A stretch of DNA of 64,000 nucleotides from Azolla caroliniana (Eukaryota; Plantae; Polypodiophyta). The stretch spans positions 16,182,001 to 16,246,000 of the forward strand of contig JBHGNT010000012.1 of the NCBI GenBank assembly GCA_043228905.1, read 5' to 3'. Positions 1 through 11,150 of this stretch are shown here, one piece after another. The notes below the pieces were generated by a model. The model was not told the origin of the DNA. It worked only from the letters and a program-made list of their open reading frames with translations, and made no database searches. The translations under genes were made by a program, and so were the position numbers. The stretch's first letter is position 1. Each line of letters begins with the position of its first letter.

Positions 1-1401
1 TCATGCACCTTTTTCTCTGATTCTGCCTATGGCCGGTTTTCTTCACGACACCGGTCGGCTTGATCAGTCAATTTATGTTGCAGCCCACGGCCGAACACTT
101 TCAGTGTGCGCAAAGGATATTGCAATATGTCTGCGGCACTAATGACATGGCATTGATGTATCGGGCAGGCGTTGTCGAACAATTAGTTGGCTACACGGAT
201 GCCGATTGGGCCGGAAATGCCCACGATCGTAGATTCACATCCAGATACGCATTCTCTTTGGGAAGTGAGGCGATCATGTGGCGCAATAAGAAGCAGCCGA
301 CAGTAGCGTTGTCGAGCACGGAGGCCAAATATCGAGGGGCAACTATCGCTACATGCAAAGTCATTTGGCTAAAACGGCTATTACAAGATTTGCATGTGGA
401 GGTGTCCGATCCGACGATGATCTATTGTGATAACCTCAGCAGTATCGACCTTGCGAAAAATGTTGTATTCCACGCCCGGACCAAGCACATTGAGGTGCAC
501 TACCATTTTGTCCGCGAGCGTGTTCCCACAGGTTGGTAGATTGCCAACATCTTCACCAAGCCCCTTGGTCTCGACCAGTGGCAGCATTTCTCGGGTGGGT
601 TGGGTTTGCGTCACCTCGACACGCCAAACTTGAGGGGGAGACAGGACAAGAGCGTGTGCGTGAAAGGAGCGGTAGTGACTGCAATGCCAAATCGGATGAA
701 AAATTCGATTTCGGGTCGGCTGAAGAAGCCGAAGAAGAAAACAGGGGCCGTAATTGCAAGGAAGAGCCGAAGACAGCCAAACAAAGGGGAAATACAGCCA
801 AGAAGGGCGTAAAGGCCAAGACCAAAATGTGGTCTGATGTAGTCAAGGTCCTGAAAACAGAAGACGAATTGGAGACAGCCAATTTGGGCAAAACTGGAAT
901 TGAATCGGTGGTTACCGATTCAATCGAAATGTTCGATTCGGACATTACAAATCGACTGAGGGCCAAGCAGAGGAAAGGGCAGCGAAAGAGGCGCCAACAC
1001 TGCGATAGCAAGGGAACTGGGAAGAGCGCAGAATCGAAATGGTCGAGGAGTGCGAGCGAGGCGTGAAGCCAGGAGAGGCCGGAGCGAAGATCTGGAGAAG
1101 CAGATGGAACCTCAAGTTGAGCTTGAGGGGGAGTGTTGAGAGACAAGCTCAACATTGGGTGCGTAGACTAGGTGCGTAAAACCGTACGCACAATATGGCC
1201 GTGGCGGTGTGTAAACCAAGAGGCCGTTAGAACGTTATTCCTCGTAAGTAATAATTTTGGGAGTAAGTGTAGGATGCTCATTTATGAGCAGTCAAGTAAT
1301 AAAAGTACTTGTGTCATCCCAATAGTTAGGGCTCGTATAAAGGGTGCTCACTGAGCACAAAGTGTATATAGAGAATTATTTTTTAATATAGTTTCGTTTC
1401 T

Positions 1402-1463
<62 letters not shown>

Positions 1464-1584
1464 TCTCTATGATTTCTATGTTTTACCGAACTGTCGTACT
1501 TCCAAACCGTGTACTCTGTCTCTTTCTCATACGCTTACGCACACGTATTCTTTTACAAGGAAAAGGTAGCGAATATCTACAACA
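1..1584 (+). mobile_element. 3' part of a Ty1/copia LTR retrotransposon (RT end, RNase H, 3' extension, PPT, 3' LTR); decayed
   Basis: ORF 60-539 has copia RNase H motifs (GYTDADWAG, KKQPTVALSSTEA, IYCDN, HARTKHIEVHYHFVRE). PPT GAGGGGGAG at 1125-1133 is followed directly by TGTTG. Same family as the minus-strand copy at 59345-63127. Confidence 0.93.
1134..1584 (+). repeat. 3' LTR of the copia element
   Basis: Begins TGTTG right after the PPT and ends CAACA (terminal inverted repeat). Contains a TATAA-like site near 1336 and a (CT)n tract at ~1405-1461. Confidence 0.85.
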
Positions 1585-1737
1585 GAGATAAAAGGGGGAA
1601 ACCACAGAGAGAAAGCAAACTCTCACTCACTTGCTCACACTCACTAACTCGCTCTCTCTCTCCCCACGCTACTAAGTGGAAGACCAGTTTTTGGCCTTTT
1701 CACACTTGGCATGTACCGTGGGTACATGTATAACACA
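1585..1737 (-). mobile_element. Fragment of another LTR, interrupted by the copia at 1-1584 and itself interrupting the gypsy protease region
   Basis: On the minus strand it starts TGTGTTATAC exactly where the gypsy frame (..VKVIVKGKEV) loses protease-like character. GA-rich LTR-like text follows (TTCCACTTAG..GAGAGAGAGCGAG). Confidence 0.5.
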
Positions 1738-3420
1738 ATACCTCCTTACCCTTGACAATTACTTTTACGGCTGGATTTTGCTCATCTTGCACCTCCGGTC
1801 CTTCACTTGGTTGGGAAAAATTGATCCATGCTATCGACAGTTTGTCTTTTGTTGCACATGTTGTCCAAGTTTCCCTGAATTGAGGTACCAGATTTAATAA
1901 TCCCCTTAATGACATAGTGATTTGGTAGTCAGTCAAGGCCTGCGAAGTCGGATCTTCTTCAATGGGTTCTTTAGTCATTGGGATTGTTGTTTGGATTGAG
2001 GTTTGCTTATAACTATCAGTTGCATTTCCTGTTGCATCTGATCGGCATTCTCATTGTTGGCTTTTTCAACCCAAATCTTTGTTGTTTTTCTGAACTATTT
2101 TGCTTTACTTCTCATGGTCACCTGTTGTACCATTGTCATGCTTTACAATTGGAGCTTTCCCATGCTCCTTCTCTAGGCATCGATTCGTGTAGTGGCATAA
2201 CTGCCGATTATCGTCCATTCGCCATTGATTATGCTATAACTATTGATTATCGTCCATTCGCCGTTGATTATGCTGCCTTCGATTTTCTCCATAATTTTGG
2301 GATTCGGTGAATCCCCCTTTGTTATTATTAAAGAGTCGGCTATCGTATTAGGGTGAGTCATCGTGCTCATATCTATTTCAATTACCCCTCCCGTAATCGT
2401 CATCCCAATATCTGTCTTTTGCTGGCCAGGGTCTTTCCTCATACCAGGGTCGATCTTTGTCCCTGAAATAGGCTAGTTGCCAAATTCGGTCATCATGCCG
2501 CATTCAATCGTCCTACGGCTCAATTTGTTGTACTGGGGCCGCATCCTTGTTCAAAAGGTTATAATCGCATTGTTCAATTGTATGGGTTCGTGAGTGACAA
2601 ATTGGACAGTGTGTTCATATTGTACATTCGATCGTTGAATGACCCGGATTGAGACATGTTGTGCATTGCACTCCTTGCCAGAATCTTAGGTCTTCCTCCT
2701 TTGGTAAGGCCCGTTGCAGTGATGCCATTGACAACCTATTGCTCGTCTGCGCGCTATCCATTACCTGCACCCAGTCAATAACCTGCTCAATTGTGGTATC
2801 CTTGAAATTGACTACCGCGAAGGTTGTACGGAGAGGTTCTCGGAGCGTTGTTAGAAATGTCTCTTTCAATTCTTCTTCTAGAGGTGGGTGCGCCAATTGC
2901 CTCAGAATTTGGAACCAACTCATGGGGTTCCTGATATGTTGCGTAGAAATGCCTCATCAGTTCTTGCTATGCTATGATCCGCCGATGAAACAATCAGACA
3001 AATTTATCCTTGAGCTATTGGAAAGATGTGAACTCCCCCAAGTCATGTTGCCAATACCAGTTCGCCAATTGACCCTCTAGCGACAATCCGAACTCGACAA
3101 TCTTTGACGCATCTGCGTTGGCTGCTACCAATCGTTGCGATACATGGTTTACCTGCCACGTAGTAAGAATAGCGTGCACATGCACTTCAGCATCGTCCTT
3201 ATTGTTGTATTTGGGATATGGATAAGAAATCGTGTCTTCTTCTTGAATTGTCGTTAACTCGCGATGTGGGTCGCTATCTCGATCTCTTTGATTCTCTGAC
3301 TACTCAACCTCTGAACAACTGTCGCTGGTAGTTTCCAAACTGGGAAGTGTTGCCAAATCATCTTCGGGCGCCTGTTGAGGTTTTTCTAGTAGTTCCGGTA
3401 GTTACTATACCATTATCGTA
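1738..3420 (-). pseudogene. Decayed Ty3/gypsy gag (two Zn knuckles) and pre-protease region
   Basis: Minus-strand frames read YPKYNNKDDAEVHV..W (Retrotrans_gag-like), CTTCLNPGHSTIEC, then HCPICHSRTHTIEQC, and EGPEVQDEQNPAVKVIVKGKEV. Many stops and frameshifts. Confidence 0.8.
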
Positions 3421-3557
3421 GAAATCTCTGGACAAGAGATTTCTACAGACACGATATTACTCGAATAATGCGGCTCCAAGATTTTTTTGTTTATTCAAAT
3501 TTTTTATAGTTGAAAATCCAATACAGTGCATCGTATCCTAAATGTGGTTCCAGACAC

Positions 3558-4127
3558 TATTGAGAAATCGATGCGGAATAGATCACAATAAATGAACTAC
3601 GCACTGAAATACGAATTACAGAAATACACCAGAAAGACAAGATAAACAAATGTACACAAAGATTTATGTGGAAACCCTAAAACGGGAAAAACCACGGGTG
3701 AACAAAATCTTCACTATACAAAGTGGATATACAACACCGAGAGGAATACAACACTCTATCGAGTGTATCAGCCACACGGGGCTCTTCACGTCTGCTGTTA
3801 CTCACACAACTATGGCGCGGCTCACACACGCTCTCTCTCTCTCTCTCGCTCTCCTGCACACTCTCTATTCTTACACTCTATTCCACACAGTTAAAGTTTT
3901 CCCTAGTTACATATATATACTTACGCAACTTTTCTGGCTATTTACATACGTAACCCTCATGGGCCACACACATAGACTATTTACAAATATAATCTCCCGA
4001 GTTGGCTATTTACACTATTCCGGTTTCAGCCGAGGCCGAGGCCAAGTCCCTCATCAACTCGGCTCCACGACAGACGGCTTTCCGGACGGTCGGATCTTCC
4101 TCCCACTGGAGGGACATATTCCCAACA
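3558..4127 (-). mobile_element. Solo LTR (copia, Tnt1/Tork-like) with 5-bp TSD GACAC
   Basis: Minus strand runs TGTTGGGAATATG...TTCTCAATA. GACAC at 3553-3557 and 4128-4132. Carries CCCGTGGTTTTTCCCG..AGGGTTTCCAC, which is also in the LTR at 8006-8668. Confidence 0.9.
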
Positions 4128-4299
4128 GACACAACACAAAGACAAACAAGAAGCATGACTTAGAACCACGATGCATTGCATCGGATTATACTCTATTGTT
4201 GAGAATCGAACTTAACTTCCTATAGGGACAGTGTTCACACTAGTCAATGGACAACTTACTAGGATAGATTTGTAATTAGTAGAACACGTAAGCACGTTC

Positions 4300-7200
4300 A
4301 TGGGATTCGTGAACCAGCTTGCGGCGATCAAGTTCCCGTTGGAGGATGCAATGCAAGCCATCATGCTGATGTGTACATTGCCGGAAAGCTGGGAGAACTT
4401 GGTGGTGACCCTCAGCACCTCCTGCACCGAAGATAACTTGTCCCTACAAACGGTAAAGACAAGCATTTTGAACGAAGAAGCGCGTCGGAGAGATAAAGAA
4501 CCGGCCTCCGATCCGAAGATGCTGCTTACCGAATCGGATCGGGGAAGACAACGGAACCGGAGTCCGCAAAGACGGGAGAAGTCGGGGACCCGGTCGCAGT
4601 CAAGAGGAAGGCCCACATGCTTCCACTGTGGGAAGCCGGGGCACTTCCGAAAGAATTGTTGGCATTACCGAAAAGACAACGGAGCCGACGACACCGATTC
4701 GAAGAAGTCTTCGGAACGGAACGGTGCTTACCGGGGAGCCACGGACCGGAATGGTTCGGATCGGCGAGGGCAGGACCGGAAAGGAACGACGGCACTCGCG
4801 GCAAGTGAAGAGGAGATCATGCTCATCACCGAAGAAGGTGAACTAAACATTGCCGGCGATGAGACTACCTGGGTGGTCGATTCCGGAGCGTCGTTCCACC
4901 TGACCCCGGAAAGAAGATACTTCTCATCCTATACAGCCGGTGAGCATGGCTGCGTTCGGATGGGAAATGAAGGTACGTGCCGGATTGCCGGCATAGGAGA
5001 CGTGTGGTTAACAACCTCGACCGGATGCAAAATGTTGCTGAAGGATGTCCGACACGTTCCGGAGGTTCGATTGAAGCTGATTTCGGCCGGGAGGCTAGAC
5101 GATGAAGGCTACACAGGTAGCATCCGGAACTGCGTAATGAAGTTCAGCAAGGGGAGCCTGATAGTGGCTCGGGCCCGGAAAGTCAACACACTGTACCTTA
5201 TGAATGCCTGGTTGTGTCCGGAGGAGTTGAACGTGGCAGCCGACACTACCGGTGAGCTGTGGCACAAGAGACTGTGCCACATGAGTGAGAAGGGGATGAA
5301 GAGGCTTGCAGAAGACAACCTTATTCCAGTGAAGCATGTGCACCTGGAGAAGTGCACCGATTGCCTAGCCGGTAAGCAGAACCGAACCTCCTTCCACTCA
5401 AGGCCACCGACGAGACGTAGTGCACCATTGGAGTTGGTGCACACTGACGTGTGTCAAGTAGAAACGAAGTCACATGGCGGAGCCCAGTACTTCGTGACAT
5501 TCATTGATGACCACAGCCGGAAGCTGTGGACGGCACCGTTGAAGACAAAGGACCAAGTGTTGTGCGTCTTCAAAGAACTCCACGCGAGAGTGGAAAGGGA
5601 ATCCGGCAAGAAGCTGAAAGCGATACGAGCGGATAACGGAGGGGAATACCAGGGGCAGTTCGAGGAGTACTGTCGCTCGAAGGGAATCCGGCTCGAGTTT
5701 ATTGTGCCGAAGACGCCGGAACTGAACGGGCTGGCCGAGAGGATGAATCGGACCATAATGGAGAGGGTCCGGAGTATGTTGGCGCATGCGAAATTACCCA
5801 AGGGGTTTTGGGCTGAGGCAATGTCGACGGCGACATACGTGATAAACAGATCACCCTCAATACCTTTGGACGGAGACACGCCGCAGAGAGTGTGGACCGG
5901 TAGGGAAGTATCCTACCGGCATCTGAAGGTGTTCGGGTGTCTCGCATATGTGCATGTGGCAAAGGACCGGAGAGGAAAGCTAGATCCAAAGACCCGGCCA
6001 TGCATATTCCTCGGTTACGGCGATGACGAGTTCGGCTACCGAGTATGGGACCCGGTCGACAAAAAGATATTCCGGAGTCGTGATATCATCTTCATGGAGG
6101 ACAAGACACTCGCCGACTGGGAGTCGGAGAAGAAGATGAAGAGCTCCAAGTCGACCGGTGAGGATCAACTCTACGAGGAGCAGTCCCGACCGGCAAGGGA
6201 CCGGTTAGCACTCGAGGATCCGGCCGAAGACGGTGAAGAAACAGAACCAGCCGAGGAAGATGAAACTGATACCGGAACCGGCCCCGATCCCGAAATGGAT
6301 TCGGATGAAGAGGAAACGGAGGAGCCGGTTACCGAAGCTCCAGAACGGAGATATCCTCTAAGAGAGAGAAGGGCCCCCCGGAGATTTCCGGAACCAGAGC
6401 ACGTGCTGCTAACCGACGAGGGGGAACCGGAGAGTTTTGAAGAAGCAAAGCTTGACACCCATAGCCGCAGGTGGTTAAGTGCCATGCAGGAGGAGATGGA
6501 TTCCCTGCATGAGAACCACACATATGAACTTGTGGAGTTGCCGAAAGGAAAGCGGGCACTTCGAAACAAGTGGGTGTTCAAGCTGAAACCGGGAGATGCC
6601 GGAAACCCCCCGAGATACAAAGCCAGGATCGTGGTGAAGGGGTTCCAGCAGAAGAAGGGCGTCGACTTCGACGAGATATTTGCCCCGGTAGTGAAGATGA
6701 CCTCCATCCGGACGGTGCTGAGCATAGCGGCAAGCATGGACCTAGAGGTAGAACAGATGGACGTGAAGACGGCATTCCTTCACGGTGACCTCGAAGAAGA
6801 GATCTACATGCAGCAACCGGAAGGATTCGAGAAGAAAGGGAAGGAGCACCTAGTATGCCGGTTGAAGAAGAGCCTTTACGGACTGAAGCAGGCTCCCCGG
6901 CAATGGTACCGGAAGTTCGACTCTTTCATGACCGACGAAGGGTACCACAAAACGCAGTCCGATCACTGCGTGTTTGTGAAGAAGTTCGAAGGAGGAGACT
7001 TTCTAATACTCCTCCTGTACGTGGACGACATGTTGATCGTCGGACGGGACCAGGTCAAGATACGGATGCTGAAGAAAGCGCTTCACCGAACCTTCTCAAT
7101 GAAGGACCTGGGTCCGGCGAGGCAAATACTAGGGATGCACATCATCCGGGACCGGAAGAAGAAGTAGTTGTGGCTGTCACAGGAGAAGTACGTGACAAAG

Positions 7201-7995
7201 GTGCTTCACCGGTTCAACATGTCGGAAGCAAGACCGGTCGGGTCAACCCTCCCGGCAAACTGCAAGCTGTCCAGCAAGCAAAGCCCCAAGACAAAGGCTG
7301 AGAAGGAGGACATGATGAAAGTACCATATGCCTCTGCCGTCGGAAGCTTGATGTACGCAATGGTGTGTACAAGACCGGACATAGGATATGCAGTCGGAGT
7401 GGTGAGCCGGTACATGGGCAATCCCGGCAAAGAGCACTGGAACGCGGCCAAGTGGATACTCCGATACCTGAAGGGCACGGCAAACGTGTGCCTCCGATTC
7501 GGCTCCGGTAAGCCCGAACTCGACGGCTTTACCGATTCGGATATGTCGGCTGATGCAGATACCAGCCGGTCCACATCAGGGTATGTGATGACGTATGCAG
7601 GGGGAGCTGTTTCATGGCAGTCGAGGCTGCAGAAGACGGTTGCGTTGTCAACCACGGAGGCGGAGTACATGGCGGCTGTTGAAGCCGGCAAGGAAATAAT
7701 ATGGATGAAGGACTTCATTAGAGAGCTCGGTATCCGGCAGGAGGAGTACCGACTCTACTGCGACATTCAGAGTGCCATCCACCTTGCGAAGAATGCGGCC
7801 TATCACTCCCGGACGAAGCACATCCAGCGAAGATATCACTGGATCCGGGAAAGGATAGAAGACCAGGAGTTCGTGCTGACGAAGATCCACACGGACGAGA
7901 ACGGGTCAGATATGCTGACCAAAGTGCTCACACCCGACAAGCTGGAAGCGTGCCGGAAGAGGGTCGGACTGGAAAGACATCCCATGCCGAAGTGA
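4300..7995 (+). pseudogene. Copia gag-pol polyprotein with one in-frame TAG at 7165-7167
   Basis: CFHCGKPGHFRKNC knuckle; WVVDSGASFH protease; LWHKRLCH..CTDC / RADNGGEY / ELNGLAERMNRT integrase; QMDVKTAFLHG, SLYGLKQAPRQW, LLYVDDML RT; GFTDSD..RTKHI RNase H. ORFs 4300-7167 and 7168-7995 are in the same frame. Confidence 0.95.
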
Positions 7996-8005
7996 AGGGG
8001 GAGTT

Positions 8006-8668
8006 TTTTGGGATTACGGTCCCTCCGGATGGGATGGTCAGGTGTCCGGGAATCGGGAATGAAGACCCGAATGAGGAGTACCCGGTATCGGAACCGGATG
8101 ATGAAGACCCGGTTTCGGATCCGGATGATGAAGACCCGGTTTCGGATCCGGATGATGAAGACCCCGGCTACGGAGCCGGATGACGAATGTACCCGGAGAG
8201 AGATCCGGATGCGGGGACATATTTGTGAATATGTTTGCCAAGGGCCCTCGAGGCTATACTTGTAAATAGCCCGAAAGTCATATGTGTATAAATATGACTT
8301 AGGGCAAACAGTTTTGTTGTTGTTGCTAATTTTTCTGTTTTCCACTTAGAGGGAGCGAAGTGAGAGCAACTGAGAGAGAGTGAGAGAGAGAGAGAGAAAG
8401 GAAGAGGTCGACGCCTCTGTGTAATATCGCCGCCTGTGGCGAGGACAGCGAGCTCAAGGTCGTCGCCTTGCAGCTCGCCATTGTACATTCCCTGCGTATA
8501 GTGATAGTTGGAGTCTTGCACTCCCGTGGTTTTTCCCGTCTAGGGTTTTCCACGCTAAACCCTGTGCATTCGAGTCTCTCTCTGTGTTTGCGATTTACTG
8601 CTGCATTGACTCGTGTTTCCTCGGTTGTGGCCGACAGGAGAAGGTTTTGAAAGCGTCAATTTCTAACA
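8006..8668 (+). repeat. 3' LTR with 27-bp tandem repeats in U3
   Basis: Starts TTTTGGG (mutated TGTTGGG) 2 nt after the PPT. GATGAAGACCCGGTTTCGGATCCGGAT repeats at ~8059-8210. TATAAATA near 8287. Confidence 0.85.
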
Positions 8669-9467
8669 CGCCTGTCATTCTTCACATCTATACATTTAGT
8701 ATCTGATGCAGTGCAATGGATTCTTGTTGTAAGTGTTGGATTTGAAACAAAAATCCGATGCATTGCATTAGATTTGAAAAAAATACAAAATTTCCCCTAG
8801 TTTTCTTTTCAATCTTTTCATATAATTGCAAACTCCACAAATAATTTAAAAATGCAAATAAAAAATCAAATATGTGGACTACCAATGGTCCCCTCTTCCA
8901 TGGTAATGCATCTTGGTCCAAAACAAAGTTACAACAGGTTGTTTCTGAAATAAAGTTCTTAACATAACAACAAGCTAAGAACAATTATCTACATTTCAAG
9001 ACAAATCAATAACAGAATGGATTGCATTTAATACTAAGAGACACATTCTATATAAGTAGACATAAATTACACATTGTAAAATTTGTTCAATGGGGTACCA
9101 TTTTCTTAATTTGTAAAATCGTGGTTAATACAATTAAGTTTACATGGAATTCCATTCCTTATCTCCAAATTGGATAAAAGAACATGACAGATGGAATATG
9201 AAACTATTGACTTTCTTGTCATGAAAATAATTAATTGAGAGTTTTGGTATGTTTTAAGAAACCATGTATGCATGTGTCATACCATCATGAAATTGTGCTG
9301 AAATGAGCCATTGTTTAACATCTCCTCTAAAGCAACAAAGAGAACACGACATATTACCTGTTTCAAATGTCCCGGTGTTTTGTTCTTCCCGTCGGGATTC
9401 TGACCGAGTGTGTGGTCTCCTGCAACTAGGCGACATCCATCCTCCTTCTATTCGTTGTCTCTCATAG

Positions 9468-10004
9468 ATCGAACCAAGTGTGCCAAATTGTGTTATACCC
9501 TCTCAATATACACATGTCAATACTTACTCCCTAAGCACCATGATCAAGGTCTTGTGGTCGGAGGGATGGGTAACGCTAACTAGGTTGCACTACTCACGGT
9601 GCACTTTACACAAATGTAGGCACAAGGTAAACTCACACAGAGAATAATTGATCGGTTGTCTAACATACATACTCTGTTCTCGGCCCGAGTCGGCTACAAC
9701 CGGTTGGCTTACACAATACACAATATATGGAAATGAAACTCAAAATAAAGACAAGAGATACTCTAAAACAAGATTTGTATTATATCGATTAATCTTTACA
9801 AACCGACACATTTACAATGTTGTATGCCCCTTTTTATAGGAATCAAGAATCAATTACCATAAGAAAGTAAAAACTAAATCCTTTACTACTCTCTAATTAT
9901 TTACACGCGTTACTTTTCCTACTTTAACTATTGGCCGGCCCCACACCTATTCGGCTCCACCCGTCTCGGTTACAACTCGTGCTTGTCCCTACGACCCTTT
10001 CACA
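9468..10004 (-). mobile_element. 5' LTR (9489-10004) plus PBS of a minus-strand gypsy, probably the element whose gag is at 1738-3420
   Basis: Minus strand TGTGAAAGGG...GTATAACACA with CCTATAAAAAGGGG TATA (plus 9826-9840). After a 3-nt gap comes TGGCACACTTGGTTC, a degenerate PBS. The link to the downstream gag is inferred from orientation. Confidence 0.75.
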
Positions 10005-10817
10005 CTTTAGCTGTCCTTTGTCCATTTCATACTTTGGCCATCCTGCCCCGCCAACAAGAAACAAGACAATGGAGCCAAGAGAGACACAAGATTCTAAACA
10101 AATGTTTTGGTTCATGTAATGATTGTTGTTAACCTTATTCAGATTATATGAAATGAAAGCCCCACTTTTGTACAAGTAAATTTGTACCTCCATTCCCGTT
10201 TATACTTGCTTAGAGACAATCAACTATACATAACTCCTCTCCACTTGGTGCAATACCCCTAGAAATGTGCACTCATTAGGTCACATGGGATGTTAAGCAA
10301 ATATTGTGCAAGGGTTGTACAACTCATGTTTATACCACTGAACAACTCATGTTTATACCAATGCTTTAATTTCTTGTTTGTTAGAATTTAATGAAGTGAT
10401 TAAATAATATCTAAATATAGGTTAAGTCTTGTTTTTCTTCTTTATTTGCCTCTAGTGAAGAGAGGATTACATAGTTCTCCCAAGCAAACCAACTAATCCA
10501 TTATTTTGATTGAGAGGAATTGACAATCTCAATCACTCGACTCACCATCAAGAGAGTGTTATCCCATCTTATCCTTAATAACAATGATCAACAAGAATAC
10601 AAATCATGTCACGGTTAAGTATATGTATGAATAATGTGTTACTTAATAATCATCCAGAAGTTGTGATGCAAGAAACCAAACTTCATCTTTGACCCAAAAA
10701 CTTGTTGGGGCAATTTTTCATTGACCCTCTCGATTATTATCCCTTCCTTCATCATGGGTGAGCTTGATAGGTATAGACAATAAATTGTGTAATCCGCCAC
10801 ACTCTTTCTTGAAATGG

Positions 10818-11150
10818 TTTGAGGTTGGTAAGAATATCCTAATTAAAGCATTGGTGTAACCATAGTTAGTGAAGAGAGACATTGCATTGATGAATGAATG
10901 TATAGATTGTTATATGCAAACTCAACAAGGGGTAAAAACTACATCTAATCATCTTGTTGATAACCAAGGATGCACTGGAGATTTTTCTCGATAATTTCAT
11001 TTATCCTGTTAAATTAATGGTCATTAGCTTGGGGGTAAAATGTTATGATGGCTTGAACTAGGTGGTTTCAAATTTTTGATGTGGATTATAAATTTTGATT
11101 TGACACGGTGTCATCGGACAATGCCTCTAGATTCAAGCCAATTCACGAGT
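10818..11150 (+). pseudogene. Heavily decayed ParB-like domain relic
   Basis: One frame 10818-11078 reads ..LV*P..KRDIALMNECIDCYM..LVDNQG..FKFL. After small indels it reads CGL*ILI*HG-HRTMP*IQA-IHE, reconstructable as FLCGxxxIWDGNHRTMAWIQAI (DGxHR ParB motif). Confidence 0.5.

Larger units (their letters stand above)
4284..8668 (+). mobile_element. 5'-truncated Ty1/copia (Tnt1/Tork-like) retrotransposon with 3' LTR
   Basis: gag-PR-IN-RT-RH order. PPT GAAGGGGGAG at 7994-8003. LTR ends CTAACA at 8668. No 5' LTR or PBS, and gag starts mid-domain. Confidence 0.95.

Noticed and set aside
3650-4225. 191-aa ORF as a gene
   Set aside because: It lies on the antisense strand of a solo LTR, crosses its boundary and has no recognisable motifs.
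7165-7167. Programmed stop-codon readthrough in the copia pol
   Set aside because: The TAG lies inside RT (RKKK*LWLSQ) where a Lys codon AAG is expected and lacks a CARYYA context; a simple nonsense mutation is more likely.
5095-8345. Many minus-strand and alternate-frame ORFs over the copia (likewise over 14104-19445)
   Set aside because: Shadow ORFs expected in GC-rich coding DNA; no independent motifs.
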